DNA of 64,000 nt from Owenweeksia sp. (GTDB lineage: Bacteria > Bacteroidota > Bacteroidia > Flavobacteriales > Schleiferiaceae), in NCBI GenBank assembly GCA_028285465.1, contig JANQPD010000068.1, positions 7,458 through 71,457 on the forward strand. The letters run 5' to 3'. Positions 1 through 8,405 of this stretch are shown in pieces. The position numbers and the translations under genes were made by a program. Every line of letters starts with the position of its first letter. Within the stretch, counting starts at the first letter, position 1. The notes under the pieces are model-generated. The model made no database searches and was not told the origin of the DNA. It saw only the letters and a list, made by a program, of their open reading frames with translations.

Positions 1-3000
1 CTTAATTTGCTCAAAGCGGATCGGCCAGGGGGTACCGTCTTCATCCAGGTACTCATAGTCGGCCACCCCTGAATAATACTTACGCGAATCGATATCAATC
101 ACCCCCCCGTAAAACTCGTGGTAGCGGGTTTCCCGGTTGGCGGTAATGGTGGCATTGTTCAAAGTGCGCATATCTGCCCCGGCATCAATAGCTACATAAC
201 CGGTATCGGGAATGATTTGCGCATCGGCTACGAATATCTCCGGTACCTTGAAAGACTCCAGTAAGGAATTGGTGAGGTAAAACTTATTCCGTTCACTTAC
301 AAATTGCAGGGAATCCTGCCTGGGATGCACGCTAACCATACGGGCCAGTTTATCTCCCCCCACTTTGTCCAGGTCAAAAGATTTTTCGGGTATGTTCCAC
401 TTTGCATGATCCATATATGTAATGTACTGGTTGGCCGGGAAACTGAAATAGTCGCTGGGGCTATTGAGGTAAAAGTCACCTTCTTCCTTGTTAAAATCTA
501 CTGTTCCATTAGCGTCCTCCAGGGCAAAGCCCCAAGGGGCATCCGGGGATACACGTACCCTGAACCCGAGAGAATCGGCAGAAAAGTCGCGGTTGGCAAA
601 TACAAAATCTTTAGAGCGGGCCTCTGCGTTGTAGAACTCGGTTAGCACATCTCCGCGCAGGTCCATCGGGCTATGCGCCAATGTTCCGGTAGTGGTCATC
701 CCCACCTCATCATACATAGCAAAAGGGGTTTCTTTACTCGTGGTATAGAGTACATCATTCTTAGGTTCCCAATGCAGGAATACGTTCTTTCCCAAGACAT
801 GTGGTGTTTGTGAAGGAGCGGTTTGGGCTGTAATTTCATAGGTACTGGCCATGCCGTTGGTACTGTCGGGGAAAAAGAGAAACGCATCAGATGCGGCAGC
901 AGAGTTCAGGTACGTAAGGTCTCCATCTCCTATAAGGCCTTCGTTACTCAAGCTGATCTTGTTGTTAAAGGTGCCTTTGCCATAGGCGGCCAGGCCACCG
1001 GGAGGCGTTACATCCTGGAAGCCCAGGGAGTAGTCGGGCTGTACTTTTATCTCTTCCTGCAGGTCGGGGAAAATACCGGCACTGGTAAACGTACCGTCAA
1101 ATTTTAACCCATCGGTAGAGATGTTATCCAGGCTATCGATCTCAAAGGGTTCTAACTGCACATAAAAGGTTTCCCTTTCGTAAACACCGCCCCAGATCTG
1201 CGGTTTGTCGTAATAGATGTAAGAGTCTTTAGCGCTTTTAAAGATGGGGTATTCGGAAAAACTGACTTTACCGGATTTGTTGTTGGGGTGGTCGATAAGC
1301 AACTCACCTGTGAGGTCCTGGAGTACGGTTTTCACGTTTACGAGTGGTCTTTGCCCAAGGGCGTTAGGCTCAAAGGAGCGCACCTTAAAACGCATGGAGT
1401 CCACATCGGTCATATTGATGCGAAATTGCTCGTAGTTAAACTTGAATTCGTTGCCCCAGTAGGAGAATAGCCCGGCTGTTATTTTACCGTCAAAATCAAA
1501 ATTCAGGCCTTCGTATACTTTGATCTTTTCTCCGTACGGGAATAAACCTACCTTCTGCGAATCGGAAAGGGCAATAGCCTTTACGCCCTCTATTTCCAAG
1601 CCATAATCGAGCAGGCTCAGTGAGGCATTGGCTTCTTTGGAGGTATTGGAAACAAATTGGATCACGTCATAATCGCGTTTTTTCTGGTAGTTGGCGATGT
1701 AATCAAAGATCTTATCCCGCAGCACTACCTGACGTGTATCCAGGTCGTAGTTCACGAAACCCAATATGCTCATCTGCATCATAAAAATATGGGCATTGCG
1801 CTGGTCCATACGCATAAAGCGGGTTACTTCTTCCAATTCAAATGCACGTTTTCCGTATATCTCGCTCATCTCTTTTAGCCGGAAAAGAGGGCTCTTGCTA
1901 TCCAGGCCGCGCAATCGCTCAAAGCGCTCTCCCCGGTAATAGTTCTGCGATTCAAAAAATACGGGCGTTTCGGTTCCCATGGCAATGTTGCGCATTTTCA
2001 TCATGGGTTCATCGATCTTCCAGTCGAGCACCTCAAAAAGGATGTCCAGGTTGTGGTAACTATCCGTGAAAGGGGTTTGTCCCATACCTTCCCTGCTGCG
2101 AATGAGGGAAAGCAGTTTTTGCTCCGGCAAATACCGGATGGTTAATTTAGGGTGGTAAATGCTGTCTTCTTTCAGGAAGATCTTTGCGGTTACATCCTCG
2201 GAGTACAGTTTGTCAAAACGCAGCAGGAAACGTTCTGACTCTGCCCGAACCACTTCTTTTCCTTCATAGGCAAACGTAAAACGGGCCTTTTTCTTTGGGC
2301 TGCCACTGCCGTAGAACTTGGAACCGATGATGGAATACCCCCCTTCAAAGTTAGCCCCCGGCAACATATCGGGCACCACAATATCATCGCGGTAGGAGAC
2401 AAAACGTGGGAAGGTGCCTATCCCCCTCCCACTCTGGCTGGTCAGCTTTTCTTCAAAGTGCCCCATAAGTGGTTCCTTTACATACACCAGGGAAGTAAGC
2501 ACCACGCTATCCGCCTCAAAATCTGTTTTTTCCGTATTGAGCATATAGTTGCTCAGCTCTACCGTAGCGGAATCGGGCGACAATCCGGCCCGGATAAAGT
2601 AGGTATACCCGCCTTGCCCGGTAAATGTTCTTCTCAACGGATCATAGGTTCCGCTGGTGTTCTCAATCAGGGTACTGTCGTTTTTATAAAAGCCCCACAG
2701 GTCAACTCCTTCAAAGACAAAGCGCGGCCCCGCTTCAAAAGAAAAGGAATAGAATCCGCTGCGTACTTCCCATTTTACACGTCCGTCATCGAAAAGCACA
2801 TTATCGTAAAAGGTGCTGTGCATGGTATTGAGGTATTCTACCGAGGCACGGGCCGGGTTTTTTTTAGCAAAACGGGCAAAATCTTCCAACCAGGGCGCTG
2901 CATATTGCTCCTCCTCATTCGTTTCCAGGTGCATGATCACCTGCAACCAATGCTTCCAGGAATTAAAATCCGTAATCCGCTTGCGCAACATCTGGTTACT

Positions 3001-3234
3001 GGCTTCATAAATAGCCGTGGCTTCGGCCTCGTTTATGCTTCCGCTGTTCCATACGGTGTTAAATTCCAACAAAAGGGGATCGAGTACATCATTCTTGTCT
3101 ACCCGGGTTTCCTCTTCTAAAAATTCACGCAATTGTGTGGGAAAGACTTCTCTGTCGGGAGTAAACTTCTTTATTTTCTGTGCCTTGGCAAAAACGGAAA
3201 GCAAGAGAAACAAAAGGAGTAAGCTGCGCTTCAT
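1..3234 (-). CDS. Large uncharacterised secreted protein, partial (runs off the window; at least 1078 aa)
   Basis: Minus-strand frame is open from the ATG at 3232-3234 to position 1. It is absent from the ORF track because it is truncated by the window edge. Hand translation gives MKRSLLLLFLLLSVFAKAQ (signal peptide) at the N-terminus, HFEEKLTSQSGRGIGTFPRF at 2401-2460, FSEYPIFKSAKDSYIYYDKP at 1201-1260 and DYEYLDEDGTPWPIRFEQIK at 1-60, all in one frame. No family recognised. Confidence 0.6.
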   Translation of the reverse strand, partial: MKRSLLLLFLLLSVFAKAQKIKKFTPDREVFPTQLREFLEEETRVDKNDVLDPLLLEFNTVWNSGSINEAEATAIYEASNQMLRKRITDFNSWKHWLQVIMHLETNEEEQYAAPWLEDFARFAKKNPARASVEYLNTMHSTFYDNVLFDDGRVKWEVRSGFYSFSFEAGPRFVFEGVDLWGFYKNDSTLIENTSGTYDPLRRTFTGQGGYTYFIRAGLSPDSATVELSNYMLNTEKTDFEADSVVLTSLVYVKEPLMGHFEEKLTSQSGRGIGTFPRFVSYRDDIVVPDMLPGANFEGGYSIIGSKFYGSGSPKKKARFTFAYEGKEVVRAESERFLLRFDKLYSEDVTAKIFLKEDSIYHPKLTIRYLPEQKLLSLIRSREGMGQTPFTDSYHNLDILFEVLDWKIDEPMMKMRNIAMGTETPVFFESQNYYRGERFERLRGLDSKSPLFRLKEMSEIYGKRAFELEEVTRFMRMDQRNAHIFMMQMSILGFVNYDLDTRQVVLRDKIFDYIANYQKKRDYDVIQFVSNTSKEANASLSLLDYGLEIEGVKAIALSDSQKVGLFPYGEKIKVYEGLNFDFDGKITAGLFSYWGNEFKFNYEQFRINMTDVDSMRFKVRSFEPNALGQRPLVNVKTVLQDLTGELLIDHPNNKSGKVSFSEYPIFKSAKDSYIYYDKPQIWGGVYERETFYVQLEPFEIDSLDNISTDGLKFDGTFTSAGIFPDLQEEIKVQPDYSLGFQDVTPPGGLAAYGKGTFNNKISLSNEGLIGDGDLTYLNSAAASDAFLFFPDSTNGMASTYEITAQTAPSQTPHVLGKNVFLHWEPKNDVLYTTSKETPFAMYDEVGMTTTGTLAHSPMDLRGDVLTEFYNAEARSKDFVFANRDFSADSLGFRVRVSPDAPWGFALEDANGTVDFNKEEGDFYLNSPSDYFSFPANQYITYMDHAKWNIPEKSFDLDKVGGDKLARMVSVHPRQDSLQFVSERNKFYLTNSLLESFKVPEIFVADAQIIPDTGYVAIDAGADMRTLNNATITANRETRYHEFYGGVIDIDSRKYYSGVADYEYLDEDGTPWPIRFEQIK

Positions 3235-3245
3235 ACAAGGTGGTT

Positions 3246-4082
3246 TTACTTTTTTCGGTACAAACGTGCTGCCCATGGATCTTCAGTAAGCAGCTTTTCC
3301 GCTACAAGCCCTAAGCTTTCGGCTTCTTCATCAAGTAAAGGGCGATCGCTTTCAAAAAAACCGCTTATCGCCAGGTATCCTTCGGGCAGGAGACTGTTTG
3401 CATATACCCGCATATCTTCTAACAGCACATTCCGGTTAATATTGGCCAGTATGGTGTTAAACTTCATACCCTCCAGACTGCCGGCATCTCCATGTAAAGC
3501 CGTGATCTTTGAACAGCTGTTCCGCGCAGCATTTTCTATGGTGTTTTCTACGGCCCATTCAAAATTATCAATGGCGGTAACTTCCCTGGCACCTGTTTTT
3601 TCGGCCAGGATGGCCAGTACCCCCGTACCGGTTCCCATGTCGAGCACGCTTTTGCCCTGTACCTCCATCTCCAGGAGCAACAAGCTCATTAAACGCGTGG
3701 TTTGATGATGCCCTGTACCAAATGACATTTTAGGCTCGATCAACAAGTCAAAGCGCACTTCGGGTTTCGGCGCGTGAAACGGGGCCCGGACGTGTATGGA
3801 ATCGCCTATGGAAATAGGCTCGTAATGACGCTCCCACTCCTCGTTCCAGTTTATAGTCTCCATTTTTTCGGTATCAAAGGTGAGCTGCACGGCCCCGCTT
3901 TGTACGATAGACAACTCTGTTACCAAGGAAGGTTGCCAGTTTTTCTCTAAAATGTATGCCCGCAGGCCATCGGGCGTTTCTTCAAAAGAGTCAAAGCCCT
4001 TTTCGCTTAAAAAGGCCAGCAGCATGTCGCGGCCTTCTTCCAAAGGCTGTACGTTTAGGTTTACGACCAGGTATGCTTCCAT
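3246..4082 (-). CDS. prmA: Ribosomal protein L11 methyltransferase
   Basis: 278 aa. Motifs FGTGHHQTTRLM and VLDMGTGTGVLAI (SAM-binding) are typical of PrmA. It lies 1 nt downstream of tpiA. Confidence 0.9.
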   Translation of the reverse strand: MEAYLVVNLNVQPLEEGRDMLLAFLSEKGFDSFEETPDGLRAYILEKNWQPSLVTELSIVQSGAVQLTFDTEKMETINWNEEWERHYEPISIGDSIHVRAPFHAPKPEVRFDLLIEPKMSFGTGHHQTTRLMSLLLLEMEVQGKSVLDMGTGTGVLAILAEKTGAREVTAIDNFEWAVENTIENAARNSCSKITALHGDAGSLEGMKFNTILANINRNVLLEDMRVYANSLLPEGYLAISGFFESDRPLLDEEAESLGLVAEKLLTEDPWAARLYRKK

Positions 4083-4083
4083 C

Positions 4084-4851
4084 CTACAGGAATTCTGCTA
4101 TTCGGATCAACTCCAGGAAAGAGGCAGCCTTAAGGCTTGCTCCCCCGATAAGCCCTCCGTTTACATCCGGCTGGCCGAAGATCTCCCGTGCATTGTCCGG
4201 TTTCACGGAGCCGCCATACAAAATGGACACTTCCCGGGCAGTTTCCGCATCATAGTATTCCCCTAGGTATTTCCGGATGAACGCATGCATTTCCTGCGCT
4301 TGTTCCGGGCTGGCCGTTTCCCCGGTACCGATTGCCCAAACCGGTTCGTAAGCAATGACCATTTTTTGCAGTGCAGCGGCATCAAAGCCGGCCAGTCCTC
4401 CTTTTAATTGTTCGGATACTACGCTCTCCTGGCGTTGGTTTTTCCGGTCACTTAGCAATTCTCCCACACACAAAATGGGGGTCAGGTCCTCATCGAGGGC
4501 TCTTCGGATCTTCTGATTGATCACCTCTTCGCTTTCATGGTGGTACGCCCTTCGCTCGGAATGCCCCACAATGACCGCTCCTGCCCCCGTGCTTTTGATC
4601 TGTGTTGCGCTTACTTCTCCGGTATAGGCTCCCTTTTGATGTTCAGAGCAATCCTGGGCAGATACTACTGCACCGGATGAAGCCAAAACCTTTGTTACAG
4701 CAGCCAGGTGAATGTAGGGTACGCCCACCAATACACGGCTTTTTTCCGGAGGGTGATCCTCCAAATACGAGGCCAATTCGCAGGCCAACGCTTCCCCTTC
4801 ACGCAGGTTCAGGTTCATTTTCCAATTGCCTGCTACTATATATTTATCCAT
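4084..4851 (-). CDS. tpiA: Triosephosphate isomerase
   Basis: 255 aa with AGNWKMN, VGHSERR, YEPVWAIGTG and ILYGGSV signatures. Confidence 0.95.
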   Translation of the reverse strand: MDKYIVAGNWKMNLNLREGEALACELASYLEDHPPEKSRVLVGVPYIHLAAVTKVLASSGAVVSAQDCSEHQKGAYTGEVSATQIKSTGAGAVIVGHSERRAYHHESEEVINQKIRRALDEDLTPILCVGELLSDRKNQRQESVVSEQLKGGLAGFDAAALQKMVIAYEPVWAIGTGETASPEQAQEMHAFIRKYLGEYYDAETAREVSILYGGSVKPDNAREIFGQPDVNGGLIGGASLKAASFLELIRIAEFL

Positions 4852-5132
4852 AAGCGTCTCTATCCTTATTGTTAAAGGCTACAAGGTTAAATCTTTCTTA
4901 CAAAACAAGAAAAGAATAGCCCGACTAAAAAACACTTTATGGCCTGTCTTCATCTTTTAGGCTTAAGCTGAACAGTATTTTTTATGAAGGATATTAATCC
5001 GGCTCACAAAAAAATGCGCTTAGGTACCCTATAAGCGTCATCCTCTTGTTTAAACCTGCTATTGTGTAACCCAAAATCTCCAACCCGAAGAACAACCTTC
5101 GCCTATTAACGGTTTAACAAAGAAAAAACCGC

Positions 5133-6488
5133 ATGGAATTCAAAAGCATCAACCCCTATAATGGGAAAGAACTGCAAGTCTATACATCGCAAACGAAAAA
5201 GGAAATAAAGCAGGTACTTGAGCAAGCCGGTACAGCCTTTGCCTCGTGGCGCGCAGTTTCCTTTGAAGCGCGTGCCAAGCTCATGTATAAGGCGGGTGAG
5301 GTGCTGCGCACCAACGCGGAGCGATATGGCAAAATGATCACACTCGAAATGGGGAAACCCTTGAGCGAAGCCATCGGTGAAGTAAACAAATGTGCCTGGG
5401 CGTGCGACTATTACGCAGAACATGCCGCATCTTTTTTGGCGGATGAAACCATAGAAACGGATGCCACGAAAAGCTTTGTACGCAATGAGCCGATGGGTTG
5501 CGTACTGGCCATTATGCCCTGGAACTTCCCCTTCTGGCAGGTCTTCCGTTATGCCGCCCCTACTTTAATGGCCGGCAATGTATGTGTGCTCAAGCATGCT
5601 CCCAATGTGCTGGGTAGCGCCTTGCTGATACAGGAAGTATTTGAAAAGGCGGGCTTTCCCCAACATACCTTTCAGAACCTCATTATGCACCATGATGACA
5701 TAGAAGACGTGATCGCGCACGATGCCGTTAAAGCCATTACCCTTACGGGAAGCGGCAGGGCGGGTTCTTCGGCCGCTTCGCTGGCCGGGAAGCACATAAA
5801 AAAATCCCTTTTGGAATTAGGAGGCAGCAACGCCTTTATTGTGTGGGCAGATGCCGACCTGGATAAGACTGTAGCCACTGCGGTAAATGCGCGTATGATG
5901 AATGCCGGCCAAAGCTGTATAGCCGCCAAGCGCTTTATTGTAGTAGCGGAAGTATACGATGCGTTTGTAGAAAAGTTTGTAGCCGCTTTAACCCGGTTGA
6001 AAGCAGGCGACCCCTTGGATAAAGAAACCACTATTGGTCCACTGGCCCGCAAAGACCTGGCAGACCAGCTCCACACACAGATGCAGGCATCTATCGACAA
6101 GGGCGCTACCCTGCTCTATGGAGGGAAGCAGGAAGAATGCTTCCACGAACCTACTGTTTTGGGGAATGTACAGCCCGGTATGCCGGCCTTTGATGAAGAA
6201 ACCTTTGGTCCGCTGGCTTGTATGATCAAAGCAAAAGACCTGGACGAAGCCTTTAACCTGTGTGCACAATCGGCTTTTGGCTTGGGAGTAACGGTATGTA
6301 CCGAAAATGTAGAGAAAGCCCTTACCTACGTGAGCCGTGTTCCCGATGGGGCCTACTTCGTAAACGAATTGGTAAAGTCAGACCCTCGCTTACCCTTTGG
6401 CGGTACAAAAACATCGGGCTATGGCCGGGAATTAAGCAAAGACGGTATCCTGGAATTTGTAAACCGTAAGACGGTGTATGTGAAATAA
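5133..6488 (+). CDS. NAD(P)-dependent aldehyde / succinate-semialdehyde dehydrogenase family protein
   Basis: 451 aa. ALDH catalytic motifs LELGGSNAFIV (Glu) and AGQSCIAAKR (Cys), plus FPFWQ and GSGRAG. Confidence 0.85.
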   Translation: MEFKSINPYNGKELQVYTSQTKKEIKQVLEQAGTAFASWRAVSFEARAKLMYKAGEVLRTNAERYGKMITLEMGKPLSEAIGEVNKCAWACDYYAEHAASFLADETIETDATKSFVRNEPMGCVLAIMPWNFPFWQVFRYAAPTLMAGNVCVLKHAPNVLGSALLIQEVFEKAGFPQHTFQNLIMHHDDIEDVIAHDAVKAITLTGSGRAGSSAASLAGKHIKKSLLELGGSNAFIVWADADLDKTVATAVNARMMNAGQSCIAAKRFIVVAEVYDAFVEKFVAALTRLKAGDPLDKETTIGPLARKDLADQLHTQMQASIDKGATLLYGGKQEECFHEPTVLGNVQPGMPAFDEETFGPLACMIKAKDLDEAFNLCAQSAFGLGVTVCTENVEKALTYVSRVPDGAYFVNELVKSDPRLPFGGTKTSGYGRELSKDGILEFVNRKTVYVK

Positions 6489-6590
6489 GCTTAGCTATTT
6501 ATTATTACTTATTAAATAAGGCTTTACCATGATGAAGCAGTGTTGTTTTTTGGTTTTTTTTGTATGTGCCTTCGTATGCTGTTTTAGTTA

Positions 6591-6998
6591 ATGAAGAACA
6601 GGAATTTTGCAATACTAACTTTCTTCCTGATGTTTTCGATAACTACGTTAGGGCAATCCGAGTCATCTAAAAAAATTTTTAATCATAAATTGATTCAGGA
6701 AGCATTTAATCGCATCGGCCACCTTCCCGACAGCCTTCTTCCTGCTAATTTTGTACTTAAGGCTTCCGGGTGTGATTATTTCATTGAAATGCATGACTTT
6801 CTGGAACATCAAGAAACTTTTATTCTGGATGACAAATTCGTTTGCGCATATTCAAAAGCAATAATCTTCCAACTAAATCAAAGTTTCTTCAGGATTGAAT
6901 CGTTAAAAAGTGAGGCTGACCAATTAGAGCTAGTGATGTCATACAATTCTAATGCGAATGAGGTCTTAGAAAAATGGAATATTGTGTTTGATTATTAA
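6591..6998 (+). CDS. Hypothetical secreted protein
   Basis: 135 aa with N-terminal signal peptide MKNRNFAILTFFLMFSITTLGQ. Low-GC region. No family recognised. Confidence 0.4.
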   Translation: MKNRNFAILTFFLMFSITTLGQSESSKKIFNHKLIQEAFNRIGHLPDSLLPANFVLKASGCDYFIEMHDFLEHQETFILDDKFVCAYSKAIIFQLNQSFFRIESLKSEADQLELVMSYNSNANEVLEKWNIVFDY

Positions 6999-7121
6999 CC
7001 AACTCACACTAAGGCTTTCTTTTATTAATGCGTTTATACGATGTAATAAGGACAAAAGCTGACCTAATTAATATTACTCAGACCCAGCGTTTAACAAAAA
7101 CGTTATATTTAACAAGCTGTC

Positions 7122-7208
7122 TTACACCCTTACCCTTGGGTCCAGCCAGGCGTACAGCACATCCACCAGTATATTGATCAGCGAAAAAGTGAAGCCGATC
7201 ACCAATAC
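7122..7208. repeat. Direct repeat copy A (87 bp, about 83/87 identical to 8319-8405)
   Basis: Hand alignment of ttacacccttacccttgggtccagccaggcgtacag(c/t)acatccaccagtatattgatcagc... between the two loci found 4 mismatches. Confidence 0.85.
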
Positions 7209-7238
7209 GCCGTTTCTTACTACCGCTAAATGAAAAGC
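7122..7238 (-). pseudogene. Relic C-terminal fragment of an ABC (DppB/OppB-type) permease gene
   Basis: Reverse translation reads ...HLAVVRNGVLVIGFTFSLINILVDVLYAWLDPRVRV*. The intact permease at 8319-9386 ends ...DLPVVMGSVLVIGFTFVLINILVDVLYAWLDPRVRV*. There is no upstream coding body. Confidence 0.7.
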
Positions 7239-7292
7239 TGACAATTGCTGAGGCCTATGGATCATCACCTGTAGTTGTACGTAATTTGAAGG

Positions 7293-7679
7293 TCAATCCA
7301 GTCTTAACCTGATTGCCGAGATCAGTTCCTCACGGCTTGTGTTTGCTCTACGTATAAAATCCGGATTTACGGCCAATCCAGTATGATGCTTATCTGACCA
7401 AACCATCATTTCTATCAAAAGCGGTATCAGATCTTTGCCTTTTTCGGTTAGCGCATACTCCTTTTGGGTTTTGAGTTTCTCGTAGACCTTCGATTCAACA
7501 ATCCCGTTACGCTCTAGCTTCTTTAAGCGATCTGATAAGATGTTAGTGGCTATACCTTCCTTTGAATTTAGGAAGTCTTTGTAGAATTTTTTACCCTCCA
7601 CTAAGTCCCGGACAATCAAAAAAGTCCACTTATCTCCAAAAAAATCCAGGGCATAACTTACCGGGCAGTCCGATCTCAT
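7293..7679 (-). CDS. HxlR-family (MarR-like winged helix) transcriptional regulator
   Basis: 128 aa. The N-terminal CPVSYALDFFGDKWTFLIVRDL motif is typical of HxlR-type HTH proteins. Confidence 0.85.
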   Translation of the reverse strand: MRSDCPVSYALDFFGDKWTFLIVRDLVEGKKFYKDFLNSKEGIATNILSDRLKKLERNGIVESKVYEKLKTQKEYALTEKGKDLIPLLIEMMVWSDKHHTGLAVNPDFIRRANTSREELISAIRLRLD

Positions 7680-7696
7680 ATTTTTTTATTTTACTC

Positions 7697-7713
7697 ACTT
7701 GCATTTTGCAAGT
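7697..7713. promoter_or_regulatory. Perfect 7-3-7 palindrome ACTTGCA-TTT-TGCAAGT (candidate HxlR operator 1)
   Basis: Read directly from the sequence. It lies 18 nt upstream of the hxlR-like ATG in the divergent intergenic region. Confidence 0.5.
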
Positions 7714-7720
7714 AAATGAA

Positions 7721-7728
7721 TATATTTG
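7721..7728 (+). promoter_or_regulatory. Bacteroidota-type -7 promoter box TATATTTG (TAnnTTTG)
   Basis: Matches the TAnnTTTG consensus. It sits directly upstream of operator 2 and 42 nt upstream of the ATG at 7770. Confidence 0.4.
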
Positions 7729-7731
7729 CTC

Positions 7732-7748
7732 ACTTGCAAAATGCAAGT
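7732..7748. promoter_or_regulatory. Perfect 7-3-7 palindrome ACTTGCA-AAA-TGCAAGT (candidate HxlR operator 2)
   Basis: Exact reverse complement of 7697-7713. Both copies are preceded by CTC. It lies 22 nt upstream of the ATG at 7770. Confidence 0.5.
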
Positions 7749-7769
7749 TACTAAAATTAATGTCCCAAA

Positions 7770-8258
7770 ATGCAAACAATGGATACCATAAAAATCAGTT
7801 TCGAGGATCTAAAAAAAGATAGCTGGTCTGACCAGGAGACAAAAAACGTACGCTTGGTTCTAGACTTTGTTCAGCAGTTGATGAACAACCACAATTTTGA
7901 CCATGTGCTTAAGAAATTTGGTAATGCATCTTACCATCAACACAATAGAGGTATTGCTGAGGGCATGGAGGCTTTGATCACCTATGTAAAGGGCTTTACA
8001 AAGAGGTTTCCGGACTATACATATGATGTGAAACACATTCACGCGGACGGTGATTTCGTTATTTTTCATTCGCACATCACAACCAGGAAAAAGGATAGGG
8101 GCAACGACAAAAAAGGATTCAACGTAAGTGATACCTGGCGAATAGTGCATAACCAAATCGTAGAACATTGGGATTCCCTTCAACCTATGGATGGATCCTC
8201 GCGATTCCTTTTTTGGTTGATCGGCGGAAAGATCGCAAACACAAATGGCGTTTATTAA
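7770..8258 (+). CDS. SnoaL-like / NTF2-fold protein (predicted ester or polyketide cyclase-like)
   Basis: 162 aa. The size and the C-terminal DTWRIVHNQIVEHWD pattern resemble SnoaL-like cyclase-fold proteins. Transcribed divergently from the HxlR regulator. Confidence 0.65.
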   Translation: MQTMDTIKISFEDLKKDSWSDQETKNVRLVLDFVQQLMNNHNFDHVLKKFGNASYHQHNRGIAEGMEALITYVKGFTKRFPDYTYDVKHIHADGDFVIFHSHITTRKKDRGNDKKGFNVSDTWRIVHNQIVEHWDSLQPMDGSSRFLFWLIGGKIANTNGVY

Positions 8259-8318
8259 TGGTCCGATCAAAAGATTGCTCCACAGAGTGCACTACCCTGG
8301 TTGGTGCCAAGAAGGAGA

Positions 8319-8405
8319 TTACACCCTTACCCTTGGGTCCAGCCAGGCGTACAGTACATCCACCAGTATATTGATCAGCACAAAAGTGAAACCGATCACC
8401 AATAC
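8319..8405. repeat. Direct repeat copy B (the 3' end of the intact permease gene)
   Basis: See copy A at 7122-7208. Confidence 0.85.

Noticed and set aside
6489-6560. A possible terminator hairpin (GCTTTA...TGAAGC followed by T-runs) after the aldehyde dehydrogenase gene.
   Set aside because: The stem is only 6 bp with a wobble pair, and the T-tract is not contiguous with it. That is too weak to annotate.
7209-8318. Calling the repeat-flanked islet a mobile element.
   Set aside because: It has no integrase, transposase or terminal inverted repeats. Only the att-like duplication is visible, so I report it as a relic or finding, not as a mobile_element feature.
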